A DNA stretch of 64,000 bases from an uncultured Methanosarcinaceae archaeon (GCA_963833425.1 CAWHXP010000003.1:544001-608000); one strand, 5' to 3'. Positions 27,019 through 38,763 are shown, numbered from the stretch's first letter. Numbers and translations are program-made. Notes: generated from the sequence alone by a model not told the origin.

Positions 27019-27807
27019 ATGAAAAGTAGTTTCATCAAAATAGTAAAAGAAAACAATATCGAAGTATTGTCTCTCATAATTGTAGTCGTGGTTTGGCAGC
27101 TTGTAGCGGATATAATTGTACATAATAATTTTCTTCTTCCTAGTTTTTATGATGTAATAACTTCTTTTTTTGTTCTTGTCAAAAATGGACTAGTTTTTAT
27201 GGATATATTAATAAGTTTACTTCACTTTTCAGTCGGGATTACTGCAGCTCTTATAATCGGAATTCCAGTCGGAATATCTATGGGATGGTTCAAAAAAATA
27301 AACAGAGCAATGGATCCTATAATCGAAACATTGCGACCTATCCCTCCTCTTGCCTGGATTCCATTCGCAATTGTATGGTTCGGACTTACACATCAAGCTG
27401 CAGGTTTTGTTGTGTTCGTAGGAATGGTATTTCCAATTGTTATCAATACTTACACAGGCTTCAAAAACGTACCGAAAGTTAATGTTGAGGCAGCAAAGGT
27501 TCTTGGATGCACCCAAAACTTAAAACTCATACGTTTTATCGCTATCCCCTCAGCCATGCCTTCAATTGCTGCAGGAATCCGGATTGCCATGGGAGTAGGC
27601 TGGATGTGCCTTGTCGCTGCAGAAATGTTCGGAGCCAGCGAAAGGGGACTTGGGTACCAGCTTTGGTTTAATTATTACCTTCATAGGATGAATTTTGTGG
27701 TAGTGTATATGCTCCTGCTGGGATTTCTGGGGCTTTTCATCGATCATTTCTTCAGATATTACATGGATGCAAAATTACTGAAGTGGACAGCGGGAACTGT
27801 GGTGTAA
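27019..27807 (+). CDS. ABC transporter permease (nitrate/sulfonate, SsuC/TauC-like)
   Basis: LRPIPPLAWIP, EAAKVLG and LVAAEM motifs. Confidence 0.92.
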   Translation: MKSSFIKIVKENNIEVLSLIIVVVVWQLVADIIVHNNFLLPSFYDVITSFFVLVKNGLVFMDILISLLHFSVGITAALIIGIPVGISMGWFKKINRAMDPIIETLRPIPPLAWIPFAIVWFGLTHQAAGFVVFVGMVFPIVINTYTGFKNVPKVNVEAAKVLGCTQNLKLIRFIAIPSAMPSIAAGIRIAMGVGWMCLVAAEMFGASERGLGYQLWFNYYLHRMNFVVVYMLLLGFLGLFIDHFFRYYMDAKLLKWTAGTVV

Positions 27808-27808
27808 A

Positions 27809-28573
27809 ATGGGTCAAGTGAGTGTAATAAATGTTTCGCGAACATTTATAAAAAAAGAAGATGAGTCTAAGACAGAGGCTTTAAAAAATGTGAGCTTCGA
27901 TGTAGAGGATGGAGAGTTTGTCTGCCTTCTGGGACCGTCTGGTTGTGGCAAGACGACACTGCTTAGAATCATCGCGGGACTTGAAACCCTTACCTCAGGA
28001 GAAATTACTCTAAACGGGATTCCTATAACAGGCCCAGATCCTAAAAGGGGCATGGTTTTTCAGCAATATTCCCTCTTTCCCTGGAGAACCGTTATGGATA
28101 ATATCACCTTTGGACTCGAAATGGAAGGGATTAAAAAGGTTGAAGCCAGGCCACAGGTGGAAAAGTATATAGAACTTGTGGGCTTGGAGCAGTTCAAAAA
28201 TAGCTATCCATTTGAACTATCTGGAGGAATGCAGCAGCGGACAGCCATTGCAAGAGCTCTTGCGAATGAGCCCGAAGTACTTCTGATGGACGAGCCTTTT
28301 GGAGCCCTCGATGCTCAAACTAGAAATATCCTCCAGGATGAACTCCTTAAGATATGGGAGCAAAAACATGTAACCTTCCTTTTTGTGACCCACAGTGTTG
28401 ATGAAGCTGTTTTTCTTTCAGACCGGGTGATAGCTATGACATCAAGGCCAGGAAGGATAAAGGAGATTGTAGATATAGATCTTCCCAGGCCACGACATCG
28501 GACTGGTCCCGAAGCTAATCGTTTAAGGGATTATGTTCTAAAACTTCTAGAAGAAGAGAGGCGAAAAAAGTGA
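27809..28573 (+). CDS. ABC transporter ATP-binding protein (SsuB/TauB-like)
   Basis: GPSGCGKT, LSGGMQQR, LLMDEPFGALD and VTHSVDEA motifs. Confidence 0.95.
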   Translation: MGQVSVINVSRTFIKKEDESKTEALKNVSFDVEDGEFVCLLGPSGCGKTTLLRIIAGLETLTSGEITLNGIPITGPDPKRGMVFQQYSLFPWRTVMDNITFGLEMEGIKKVEARPQVEKYIELVGLEQFKNSYPFELSGGMQQRTAIARALANEPEVLLMDEPFGALDAQTRNILQDELLKIWEQKHVTFLFVTHSVDEAVFLSDRVIAMTSRPGRIKEIVDIDLPRPRHRTGPEANRLRDYVLKLLEEERRKK

Positions 28574-29327
28574 GTTCTGGATAGGAGCGGGATAAAATAA
28601 TGATTCAACGAAATTTATCTCCACACCATATGTGAATTTTGATAACGATTCTATATTTTTATAGAAAATATCCATCTTATTTAAGGATTACGTTATATTT
28701 TTATGTAACCTACAACACACATCCAGGTTTGGCATGAGTAGCTTCCTTGTAATTAGCAGCATTGCTCTAGCTCTTTTCAGAAGACTAAACTCAGATATTG
28801 TTTCTCTATTTCTCATAATTTTTGTCGGTGTACAGACAAAAGCCTTATTAGTTTCACATTACATTGAACAAACGCACCCTTACCAAGTTAAACACTGCAA
28901 ATTAAAGTAAGGTATTGCCATAACTTCACCCACTACCAACAATTAAATTGACTTCCAGCGTAAGGATCTTCTCAAGAAAAACTTTTTTATCAATCATTGT
29001 ATATGGACATGGTGAATACTTTATAATAAATAATAAACAGTCCCGTTAGATTACTTTTCAGACCATCAATACAGTAAAAATATTTCGTTTGCATTCTTTT
29101 CCCATAAGTTTTGTTATCAAGTTTCACAAATATGATTGAATATTTTGTTCTATAACATCTGGAAGGTTAACTATCAACTTCGATAAATAAAGTTAATATC
29201 CTTGAAAGCTTTAAATTAGAGGAACAAACAAAAAACTGAAAGGTAGGCAAATAAGTGTACAAAAGCAAGGAAAGTGAACTTCTTTTTTGAGACTCTTTAT
29301 TATTTTCTGGGCTATTTGTTGACTAGA

Positions 29328-29416
29328 GAGGATTTCGATAAATCCCTAAATTTCGTCATATCCTTATAAATAGTCTATAAAAGACTCATGAAAATCAGAG
29401 GTTTATCGAAATCCTC
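29328..29416. mobile_element. 89-bp MITE with perfect 15-bp IS5-type terminal IRs
   Basis: gaggatttcgataaa ... tttatcgaaatcctc, the same as the IR at 34235. Confidence 0.8.
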
Positions 29417-29568
29417 CGAGTCAATTGTTAGTAGAATAAATGATAAATTTTAGCTGTCCTATAGGATAATATAATAGTTCACTTTTTCTTTTTCTGATTA
29501 GCAAATTCAAAATTAGGCGAATCTTGCAATGTGAGATTCTGCAGGTTCTAGTTACGGATGCTAACTCA

Positions 29569-30858
29569 CTATTCTGGAATCTGCTTGATTTTTACTCCGA
29601 GATTGGACATATTCTTGAAGAAGTAAGGATAAGAAATCGATACAGATTCAGTTGTGTCAATGGTAGTATTCCCTGCCACCATCCCTGCTATTGCAAGGGC
29701 CATCACAATCCTGTGATCATGCCAGCCGTGAACCACTGCTCCATTAAGTTTGCCGCCGGTGATAGTCAGACTGTCCTTCTCCTCTTTAAGGCTCACTCCA
29801 AGCTTTGGAAGTTCGGTCGCAAGGGCATGAAGGCGATCCGTTTCCTTATACCGAACATGCTCTGCGTTTTCGATCCTGCTTATCCCTTTAGCAACTGCAG
29901 CCAGAACAGCGACTGTAGGGACAAGGTCAGGTGTTGCCCCGGCATCAAAGGTAACGGCCTTTAAATGTTTACCTCCTCTAACAGTTACAGTGCCAACTTC
30001 TTTATCCCATGTTATATCTGCTCCCATGCGTTTCAGAATTTCAATTATCAGCTTATCCCCCTGTTTAGATGGATAGAGATTTTTGACTGTAATTTTCGAA
30101 TTGTCTGTCAGAGCTGCGGCTGCAAGAAGATAAGAAGCAGAAGAAAAGTCACCGGGAATCGTATAGTCTTTGAGATCGTATTTTTGTTTCCCGGGGATAA
30201 TGAACCTAGTCCCATAGTTACTATCCGTTAAAATTTTAGCTCCTGCTAGTTCAATCATCTCAAGTGTTATGTCTACATAGGGTTTTGACTTCAATTTCCC
30301 TATAATTGAAAGAATTGTGCTATTTTCAGTAAGTGGACAGGCTATAAGAATAGCAGAGATGAATTGAGAACTGATAGAACCGTCGATATTCACTTCCTTC
30401 CCTTTAAATCCACCTTTGACTATAAGTGGAGCCCGCTCGTTTCCTTGAGTGGAGCAGGCGTGGACACCCAGTTTGTTAAGAACATCAAGAAGAGGACCAT
30501 TTGGCCGGGTGCGTAGGGAGTTATCTCCAGTGAGCACTGTGAGCCCATCAGTAAGGCCTGCAACCGCCGTCATGAAGCGGAGCGTCGTCCCTGAATTTGC
30601 AGCATCAATTACATCTTCTGGAACATTGGGTTTTCCATTAATTCCGTGGATAACGAGATTTTCTTCCCCCCTTTCAATCAAGGCCCCGAACATCTCTGAA
30701 GCCCGGATTGTAGCAAGGGTATCAGCGGAAATCAGAGGGTGGCGTACAATTGATTCTTTCGAAAGACCTGCTATGGTTATAGCCCTATGAGTATAACTCT
30801 TTGAGGGTGGAGCAAAGACTTCCCCTTTAACTGATGATTTGCTAATAGAAACACGCAT
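29569..30858 (-). CDS. aroA: 3-phosphoshikimate 1-carboxyvinyltransferase (EPSP synthase)
   Basis: PPSKSYTHR, NSGTTLRF, SSQFIS, KETDRL and DHRIVM motifs. Confidence 0.97.
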   Translation of the reverse strand: MRVSISKSSVKGEVFAPPSKSYTHRAITIAGLSKESIVRHPLISADTLATIRASEMFGALIERGEENLVIHGINGKPNVPEDVIDAANSGTTLRFMTAVAGLTDGLTVLTGDNSLRTRPNGPLLDVLNKLGVHACSTQGNERAPLIVKGGFKGKEVNIDGSISSQFISAILIACPLTENSTILSIIGKLKSKPYVDITLEMIELAGAKILTDSNYGTRFIIPGKQKYDLKDYTIPGDFSSASYLLAAAALTDNSKITVKNLYPSKQGDKLIIEILKRMGADITWDKEVGTVTVRGGKHLKAVTFDAGATPDLVPTVAVLAAVAKGISRIENAEHVRYKETDRLHALATELPKLGVSLKEEKDSLTITGGKLNGAVVHGWHDHRIVMALAIAGMVAGNTTIDTTESVSISYPYFFKNMSNLGVKIKQIPE

Positions 30859-30958
30859 ATATCATAGCTCTCCTACTTTTATTTTAAACTTTTTCCCCCG
30901 AAAATTAAGGTGGCTTGTTTTTGTTTTTTGTAATGATTATAAATTTAGCTTTAGGGAT

Positions 30959-31420
30959 TCAGTTCACAACTTGTCGAATACTTTCCACCATGTACGAGCT
31001 ATGGTCATAGGAATGAACTGATAAGCTGAGAGTAGCTATCGTGCAGTGTTTTGCCCTTCTACCCTGTCAGGACAAGTATTAGTGGAGTGTTGAGAGGCCA
31101 TTAAGATTTCTAGGTAAGCTTCTGCTACATAGTTTTTCCTGGAAAAATAGTTATGTGTGCACTCTCATCAATTATCCCAAAGTTATCGAGAGTCTTGAAA
31201 GGGACCTCATCAACTTTTGTGTCCATAGGGTTGATCCATGTAACTGCTATTTTCTACCTGGATGTTGGGATTGCCTGAAATTTATTAATCATGTATTCCA
31301 TCTGGTCTATTTTTCAGTTCCAGTTAATTAAAGCTCTGTCAGTATATGTACTTAAAATTCTGTGTTTAATCATCCACTTTTAATTCTCAAAAACCAAGTC
31401 GATAAAGTTGACTTTACAAC
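30959..31420 (-). pseudogene. thyA: Eroded archaeal thymidylate synthase (ThyA-like), 3' half
   Basis: Minus-strand translation: NTQNFKY, IDQMEYMINK, SR*KIAVTWINPMDTKVDEVP, LDNFGI and SLSVHSYDH...VN*; not in the ORF track. Confidence 0.7.
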
Positions 31421-31444
31421 TGTCAATATATTTTTTTACATATA

Positions 31445-31577
31445 TCTATAATTCTTTTTCTGAATTATTAGACTTTGGTACTATCTAGTATGTACTCAGG
31501 AAAACCAATAAATTTCCTGAAAGAAATTCTATTAATAAATTGTTTATCAAGAACAAATTCAGTAAGAGTTTTCATGA
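31445..31577 (-). mobile_element. Internally deleted IS5 5' remnant
   Basis: MKTLTEFVLDKQFINRISFRKFIGFPEYILDST, matching the N-terminus of the 35298 transposase with a large deletion. Confidence 0.7.
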
Positions 31578-31719
31578 GTAAAAATTATTGTAAAGAAATT
31601 TTAAACTCCCTTAACTCCCTTGATACTTAAATTCAAAGAAATATATAAAAATTTGTTAAGATATTACTGTTTTTTATTGAGTTTTGTGAAAAAGATTTAT
31701 CAAATAATGAATTATCAAC

Positions 31720-32110
31720 TGTTTGAAATATATCTGTTTTGAAATTGGTAAAAGGTACTTTTTTGAGTTGACAGAATAGGTAGTGATGGAGATCATATAC
31801 ATCTTTTAGTTAGTGCTGAGCCAAAATATTATCCTTCAAGAGTAACGCAAATTATTTAAATATACCACAGCAAGAAAAATCTTTGAATAATAACCTGAGA
31901 TTAAAAATATTTTTTGTATAGTGAACTTTAGAATAATGGAGAACGCATTAGAACTGTGGTTATTAGTACAACTTCCGATTAAATTAGAGATGATTTGAAA
32001 ATAGGACGAAAAGAAGTCTATAGATAAATTAAAATATTTGATTTTGAATAATTCCTTTATCCAAAATATTGAATACGAACATACCAAGTTGCTTGAAGCT
32101 GGTTTTCTAC
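31720..32110 (+). mobile_element. IS200/IS605 TnpA remnant
   Basis: ICFEIGKRY...IGSDGDHIHLLVSAEPKY (HUH motif), degraded. Confidence 0.75.
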
Positions 32111-32187
32111 TGCAACTTTTATTTTATTCTGATTTGTAAAAATGGTTTCGAAACTGATGAAATTCAAAATTACTGTTAGATACATAT

Positions 32188-32203
32188 ATTTATATATATA
32201 AAT
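32188..32203 (+). promoter_or_regulatory. Candidate archaeal TATA box
   Basis: tttatatatataaata lies about 25-30 nt upstream of the structured segment beginning at 32221. Confidence 0.35.
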
Positions 32204-32220
32204 ACATGTTCTAATCATCA

Positions 32221-32401
32221 GTCGCATTGTATAGGTCCTTGCACGAGGTAATGGGAAATCCTGACTGTGAGTGTACAGACAACCCCAATGCGGTACACAA
32301 TAGTGTGACATTGACCGACACGAGGGTAACTGAAAGTGACTGCGGAAAATCAGAGAATGAACTTTCGGAGTTAGTGCGTTCGGGCTACAACGCTATTCTC
32401 T
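32221..32401 (+). ncRNA. Candidate structured non-coding RNA or leader (family unknown)
   Basis: GC-richer island with nested stems: gtcgcattg/caatgcggt, ctgt/acag, caca/tgtg, and agagaat/attctct enclosing aact/agtt and gcgtt/aacgc. Confidence 0.4.
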
Positions 32402-32862
32402 ATGGTTTCAAGGGTTATATTTGGTATGTTCAGTACTTCGCCAAATATTACTTCCAATTTTATCCTATCCATTTACATCACTAACTTCACACTTACCCCA
32501 ACCCTAATTGCAATCCCAGCAATTCCTCAATGAGTAATACAAACATACCAAATCTGAATTTTTTTCATCCATAGCTGTAGATCCTCTTTTGAGATACTCA
32601 AACGTTTTTCAGGAGGTTTATTCGTGTATTTTATAGTCGGTATATACTTTAGCATAAATATATGATTTTGAAATTTTCAAATGAATTACTTAGTTTAACC
32701 ATATTTCTTATTTCGCTTTATGAGCTAATAAGTTTAGAGATTACATTTGAACTGTGAGTTATGGCACTACTTGCGATGTAATTAAAAACAATGTTGAAAA
32801 ATCAGATAACCAATTAGAAATGTATAAAATGATGTTCCACCTGTAAGTGAACCATTTATTTT

Positions 32863-32950
32863 GAGGATTTCAATAAATTTCTGATTTTCAAGATTCATAT
32901 ATGTACACTAATAAGTATATGATAAATTTTAGGGGTTTAACAAAATCCAA
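32863..32950. mobile_element. Degenerate ~90-bp MITE
   Basis: gaggattttcaataaa ... gtttaacaaaatcc ends. Confidence 0.5.
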
Positions 32951-33145
32951 TTAAATCTTAGCTATTAAAGTCTATGGAAAAATATTCAGAGCATCCTTAT
33001 TTAAAATTTGGTGATTAAGTATTTTGAAACTCATTTTCTTTAATTATTAGCTTCGATTGTATTTTCTTCCAGAATATCTTGAAAATTACATACTTTTCAG
33101 AACTCAAAACCAACATTTTTAGATTGACATTAAGTAGCTAAATAA

Positions 33146-33586
33146 TTATTTTGAATCAAGATAAAAATAATTTGTCTTTAATCTTAACCTGGAAACGTAG
33201 GTATAAAGGCTCTCTACATCTTTAATTTCCTTATAACATATAAGCTTTATTTTGTGGCGTATCTGAAGCTCAGGTTTCAGACCAAAATTTTTGAAATATC
33301 CTAAAAGTTTTGCAGCCAGCAAATCACCCCGTCTATCCCAATCTGTTAGTACGATTACTTCAGTTCCAATTTTCGCAATTATTTCCGCAAAATTATAAAG
33401 AGATGTGTTGGTTGCGAGCTCAAAATTACCTTCAATTCCAAGCCTTCTCAATGAAAAGACATCCCTTTTCCCTTCCACGATGATAACTGCTCCCCTTCCA
33501 GAATACTCGGAAAGTTCAGATAGCAATCCTTCAATTCTTTCAAGCTTTTTTCTGTAAATTTCATGATCAACCACGGTGGTATACAA
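33146..33586 (-). CDS. Toprim-domain protein (small primase-like)
   Basis: IIVEGKRD and VLTDWDRRG motifs. Confidence 0.88.
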   Translation of the reverse strand: MYTTVVDHEIYRKKLERIEGLLSELSEYSGRGAVIIVEGKRDVFSLRRLGIEGNFELATNTSLYNFAEIIAKIGTEVIVLTDWDRRGDLLAAKLLGYFKNFGLKPELQIRHKIKLICYKEIKDVESLYTYVSRLRLKTNYFYLDSK

Positions 33587-33689
33587 CCTTTAACTTTATT
33601 TTCAATAGTTAGACTAATAAGAGTCTGATTTTTTTTTTAAAATCAGGAAAAATTACTCTTAAAACTATCCTATTTTAAGAATATGTTTT

Positions 33690-34007
33690 TTATTTTTTAA
33701 AACAGGCTGCAAAAATAGAAACAGCATGTTTGTAAGAAATTCCATTTATTAGTAAAGATTTCTTACTACTTGTTGCACCACTGAAGATCCGAATATCCGA
33801 ATTACGAATTCCAAAGAGTGCGGCAAAACATTCGACCAATTGTTCGTTTGCCTTTCCCTTATGGGCATTTTTGGTTATCTTTACTTCAATTCTCTTGCGC
33901 CATTCGTTGTAACCACTCGGAACTGAGATCAAACTGGAACCAGGAACAACTTCGATATCAACAATAATACCATAATCCAGATCTCTTATTGCCTGTTCGA
34001 AAGACAT
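33690..34007 (-). CDS. DUF167 / UPF0235 (YggU-like) protein
   Basis: VVPGS, GKANEQL and SGATSSKK motifs. Confidence 0.88.
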   Translation of the reverse strand: MSFEQAIRDLDYGIIVDIEVVPGSSLISVPSGYNEWRKRIEVKITKNAHKGKANEQLVECFAALFGIRNSDIRIFSGATSSKKSLLINGISYKHAVSIFAACFKK

Positions 34008-34234
34008 ATTTTTACCTTTTTGAAGGAATCCTATAAATCAATAACTGGTTAAAGATCAGAGTGAAGGAATATTTCTAAATACGAACAGTTTTCGTATTTT
34101 AGGCAATATATTTAGGTATCAATTGATCAAGCAATTTCAGTACGTCATTAATTTTTACTCACCATTAAACAATTCCTTGATGTATTATTATATAAGTTGA
34201 AAACTTCTCCATGTATACATACCATTATATTAAA

Positions 34235-35367
34235 GAGGATTTCGATAAACTTCGGATTTTATTTCTTAGCAGGAATTTCTCATATCTTCCCCTCAATTTT
34301 TCTATTTAATTCCTCTTTTTGGCTTTACTTATTCTCAATTCTTTGATTTTAAAGATAGCTTCCGCTATCTTCAATATACTTTTTTTAGTTTCAATGTCCT
34401 CAATTGATGGAGATTATAACAAAAAGCCGTACACAACATTTTTAGATTTACTCTTTTAACAGTAGTAACAAAAACTCTTCCTGCTTTGAAAATTTCTTTT
34501 GTTACTGAATAAACTCTTTCCCCTTGGACTCTTTTTGAGCTAATTCTCTTATTTCTTAATATATCCCTTATTCCCAGAGTATGTCTTTTGACTGCTCTTT
34601 TCATTGTTGCATTATACCCTTTCGTTTTTGCTCCAAAGTATCCTCTATCCTATAAACCACTTCATTTTCCTCTGTCAAATCTACATACGAATCATGTACT
34701 GACGCAGTTGTTGTTTTGAATCTTCTGATCAGCTCATAATCTCTGTCTATTATATTATGAAGCTTATATCCAAAGTGAGACTTACCTCCCTTCTTTGTCC
34801 ATGTTCCGTCTCTGCTTCTTCTTGTTTTTGCCTCATCTTTCTCCTTTTGCATGTCCTGGATCTGAATGGATAAAAGTAGCATCCTGAATCATTCCCTGCT
34901 TTATCTGTAAACCCAGAGCACCAAGTTGGCTTTGCAACTTTCCCCATATTTTCTTTGAAATGCTCGATAATTCTCTCCCTAAATAGCCATACAGTAGTAC
35001 TGTAAGGTATGTATTCCGGAAATCCAAGGAATTTCCTAAAAGAAATTCGATCTATACACTGTTTCTCAAGTTCAAAATCAGAGAGCCCATGCCATTGTTG
35101 TAAAACAAGCATTTTGAACATCACAATGACATCAGTTTCAGGTCTCCCTCTTGAAATGGTTTTGTTGATACACATAGACTCAAGAATAATACGAAGCGTT
35201 TTCCAATCAATTAAGGAATCAAACTCAGCAAGCTTATCTCCAACAGATTCAAGACGTTTATACTCTTCTTTAAGAGCAAAATCAATAAGAGTTTTCATGA
35301 ATATAGATAAATATTGACAAATTTAAAGTCAACCATGCTCATGAGCATGGAGTTTATCGAAATTCTC
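34235..35367 (-). mobile_element. IS5-family insertion sequence with a frameshifted transposase (34371-35298)
   Basis: IRs gaggatttcgataaac / gtttatcgaaattctc (15/16 match); DRISFRKFLG, QDATFI, HFGYKLH and ASVHDS motifs in four ORF pieces. Confidence 0.92.
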
Positions 35368-35399
35368 AAAATATAGTAGCACAACAATTAAAGATTATT

Positions 35400-36351
35400 C
35401 ATCTTAATAAACACCGAATCCCATTACATTCCTAAAGATGCTGATAAGGACTTTTCCCTTTTAGGATATCTTTTTGATACTGCATTAAATGATTAATTTT
35501 TAATTTTTTGACTAATTTCCTTGTTCCTTGATATGTCTCTTATTCTCAGAGGGTGTTCGTTTACTACTCTTCTCATCGTTGAATCATAACTTTTTATTTG
35601 ACTCCAAAAGATCCTCTTATATGTAAATCACTTAATTTTTTATGAAAATCTACACCAAAATTATTGAGTGATAAAGTTATTGTTTTTGAATTTTCTGATT
35701 AGAATAATATGCTATTATGCTATTGAACTTACATTCAAAACATGACTAAGAACTATCTTTTGGCCAGGTTTTTATCTCTGTTTCTTTTTCTCCTTGTTTT
35801 TGCTTAATTTTCAAGATGTTTATCCGTTTTTGCATGGCCAGTATCTGACGGATAAAATCAGCTTCCTAAATCGTTCACTGTTTTTATTTTAGAACCAAAG
35901 TAATTAAGTTAGCTTTGTAAATGTCCAATATTCTTTTCTTTTTTGTAATTATCAATATTTTTTCCCTGAATGACTAGTCTGTGGTACTTTATGGTATATA
36001 CTCAAAATCCAAAAAATTCCTGAAGAAATTCGATCAATACATTGTTTCCCAAGTTCAAAGTCGGAACGACCACAAAGATGTTGTAAAACAAGATTTTGAA
36101 CTTACTAATTACTTCAGCTTTAGATCGGCCTAAGTAAAGTTTTTTGTTAAAATATCTGGACTCTAAAATGCTAAGAAAAGAATTCCAATAAATTGAAATA
36201 AAATATTTCAGTAAGCTTCTCTCCATCTGACTGGAGACGTCTTTATTCATATTTAAGAACAAAGTCGGAAGGAGTTTTCATGAATGAAAATTAATGTCAA
36301 GAGATATAAACTCCCAAATATTAAAATACCTTGGAGTTTATCGAAATTCTC
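35400..36351 (-). mobile_element. Second, older degenerate IS5 copy
   Basis: ORF 36002-36262 resembles the IS5 N-terminus; SDPG-like segment near 35840; IR gagtttatcgaaattctc ends at 36351. Confidence 0.65.
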
Positions 36352-36354
36352 TGG

Positions 36355-36790
36355 AATCTATTTGCTTTGAGATTGGTAAAAGGCATTATTTTAAGTTTGA
36401 TGCTATCGGTACTAGTGATAATCATATAAATTTTAGTTGTTCTAACCCAAAATATTCTACTAAAAAATTGATGCAGATTGGAGAGATTTTGGATAACCAA
36501 ATAATTTAGTTATACGCTTATGAATGGTGCATAAATACTCTTGAAAATCAAATTTGTATCAAACTTCTCTATAAAAAATACCACAGTAAAAAAATCTTTA
36601 AAGAGTACTTCGAGGTTGAAAACAAGTTCTAGAATATTGAATTGTGGAGTAATAGAGATTATATTTGAACTTCGGATTACGTTACAACTTTTGATATAAT
36701 TAAAAACTTTGTTGAAAATCAGAAGAAAAAGAAGCGTAATAGGATAATTAAAATAATATATTTTGGAGAATCCATTAATACCCACAGTGA
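36355..36790 (+). mobile_element. IS200/IS605 TnpA remnant
   Basis: ICFEIGKRHYFKFDAIGTSDNHI, paralogous to 31720-32110. Confidence 0.65.
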
Positions 36791-36957
36791 CAAGAACAAA
36801 TAAGTCGTTCGCAGAGAGTTTGATACTAAACTTTGATTTTTTTTCCCATCGGTTGGCAATAGAAATATCTTTTGCATCAAAATAAATTTTTCCCGACTAA
36901 TTTTTAGCTGATTATAAAGCTATAAATTTTCATGGATATCTTGTAGTAGAGGAGGTT

Positions 36958-37374
36958 TTAATCTTTGTGCATAGGGTTCGAAGGTTCCACTTTCTCTTGA
37001 ATCATTTCTACATTGTGTGGACCTTTTTGATGATTGAATGTTCGGTCAAATTCCGGATATTTCGAAAACTTGACAGCCAATTCTTCAAACATTTTATGTC
37101 TTGGGCTGATTATGATTATATGAGCAGGAGGATGAATTTTTTTTAATCTACTAATTGCTGCACCTGCATGATTATTCAATTCTACTAGTGCTGCAGAGTT
37201 ACATTTTGATCTGAGGGATACTCCCATTATGCTTACAAGAAGCTCATCAGCATAATTTGGTTCTATGCACTTGGGAGTCGCTGAAAATTGAATATGTCCG
37301 TATCGTTCCAGGTCATGTAATGCTATTTTCACTTTATCCGAGTCATCCGCCCGGACTAATGCAAATGATTTCAT
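36958..37374 (-). CDS. DUF356-family protein
   Basis: ALVRAD...ALHDLERY and RLKKIHPPAHIIIIS motifs. Confidence 0.75.
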   Translation of the reverse strand: MKSFALVRADDSDKVKIALHDLERYGHIQFSATPKCIEPNYADELLVSIMGVSLRSKCNSAALVELNNHAGAAISRLKKIHPPAHIIIISPRHKMFEELAVKFSKYPEFDRTFNHQKGPHNVEMIQEKVEPSNPMHKD

Positions 37375-38553
37375 TTTTTACACACCACCAATCTGGAGTT
37401 TCCCCATCTCGATATGGATCTACCCCTATAATAATCTTTGCGTATGAGAGAAGCACGTATAAAACTGGATTTTCCATAAAGAGTGACATCTAGATCACAT
37501 TTAGGTACTATAATCTACCTGTTCTCGAGGGCAGAATATCCTTTTAACTTTTTGTCTCATATGAAGTGTCTTCACAAATTATAAGGGTTTCTTTTAACTT
37601 CTATTTTCAAGATTTCGCATGCTCTTCCGGATAATAAAGTAGTGTGTTTTATAGTTATATGCAACCTATATATATTCGTTTTGAAATAATATTTTGCTAT
37701 TTAGAAACTGTTTTGAAACCTTATTTTGTTGTAAATACTATCTTCACCAACTAGCTTGGTTAATCAGTAAAATAACACCATTTTTTACGATTTTCACAGA
37801 AAAGTAATGTTGAATATTTATTTTTTATTTTTTCATAGTGTTATTCTTGAGTTCAAGTTGATGGTGAAAGTCACAAAAATTTTCAGTTGAAATTCATTGA
37901 TAATATACTGTTTATCATTGGAAATATATAGAATTCCAGATAAACACACAAAACCTTGATTAACTTAGATTCCAAGTTCATTACTGATTTTTAGGTATGT
38001 AATTACAAAATAACGAGGGGTATTATAACAGTCCGCGAGTATAATTTATTTCCCCATTGTGTTAAATGGCACTTTGAAAATGAAATTAAGTAATTAGATA
38101 ATGCTTTTCTAGTCCCACATAATACATAGCAGCATTCTTGTTACTAGAATATTGATCCTCTGCGAAAACAGCAGCAAATCCATGCGTTTTGCCACTTTGA
38201 TTAAAGGTTTAATTTGTTCAACAAACATTTGGCGATTTATTTATTATAACAGCTTTAAGATTTTTTTTAAAATGATTGTGTCACGAGCTTTCCAGGATAT
38301 TCTTTAACCTATTGTTTGAATTGAGTATATGAATAATCCCTGTATAGTCGTTTATGCTAGAACATTGAAAAAGAGCTTGTGTCAGCTTTAATCAAATCGA
38401 CATCTGAATATTTTTGATCAGAGTTATGACGATAGAAAGTAGTTATGAAAACTATCTACTCAAATTAAAGAATATAGAATAATTATTTTAGGTAATGAAG
38501 GATTTGATCCTAGCAAAGAAAAATAACCATTATATGCTAGAATGGAGTCATTT

Positions 38554-38605
38554 GTTTGATGCTATAGACAATGACTTCAGTTTGATGCCATAGACAACGA
38601 CTTCA
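38554..38605. repeat. Tandem 26-bp direct repeat upstream of the PhoU-type regulator
   Basis: gtttgatgctatagacaatgacttca followed by gtttgatgccatagacaacgacttca. Confidence 0.85.
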
Positions 38606-38763
38606 TGACCTTCTATAATTTTTATTGATTTTATTCTAATTTGTGGAAATGGTTTAGGAACTGACAAGATTTTGAATTATTAATTCTAGAGATAATTTTA
38701 TGTATTACTATTGTCTATATAGATCTTGTTAAATTAATTAGAATAACTTTAGGGGGACTGTTT

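Noticed and set aside
32150..32225. Hammerhead ribozyme (ctgatga on both strands)
   Set aside because: The two motifs are just the arms of one AT-rich inverted repeat; no correctly placed GAAA or stem III was found
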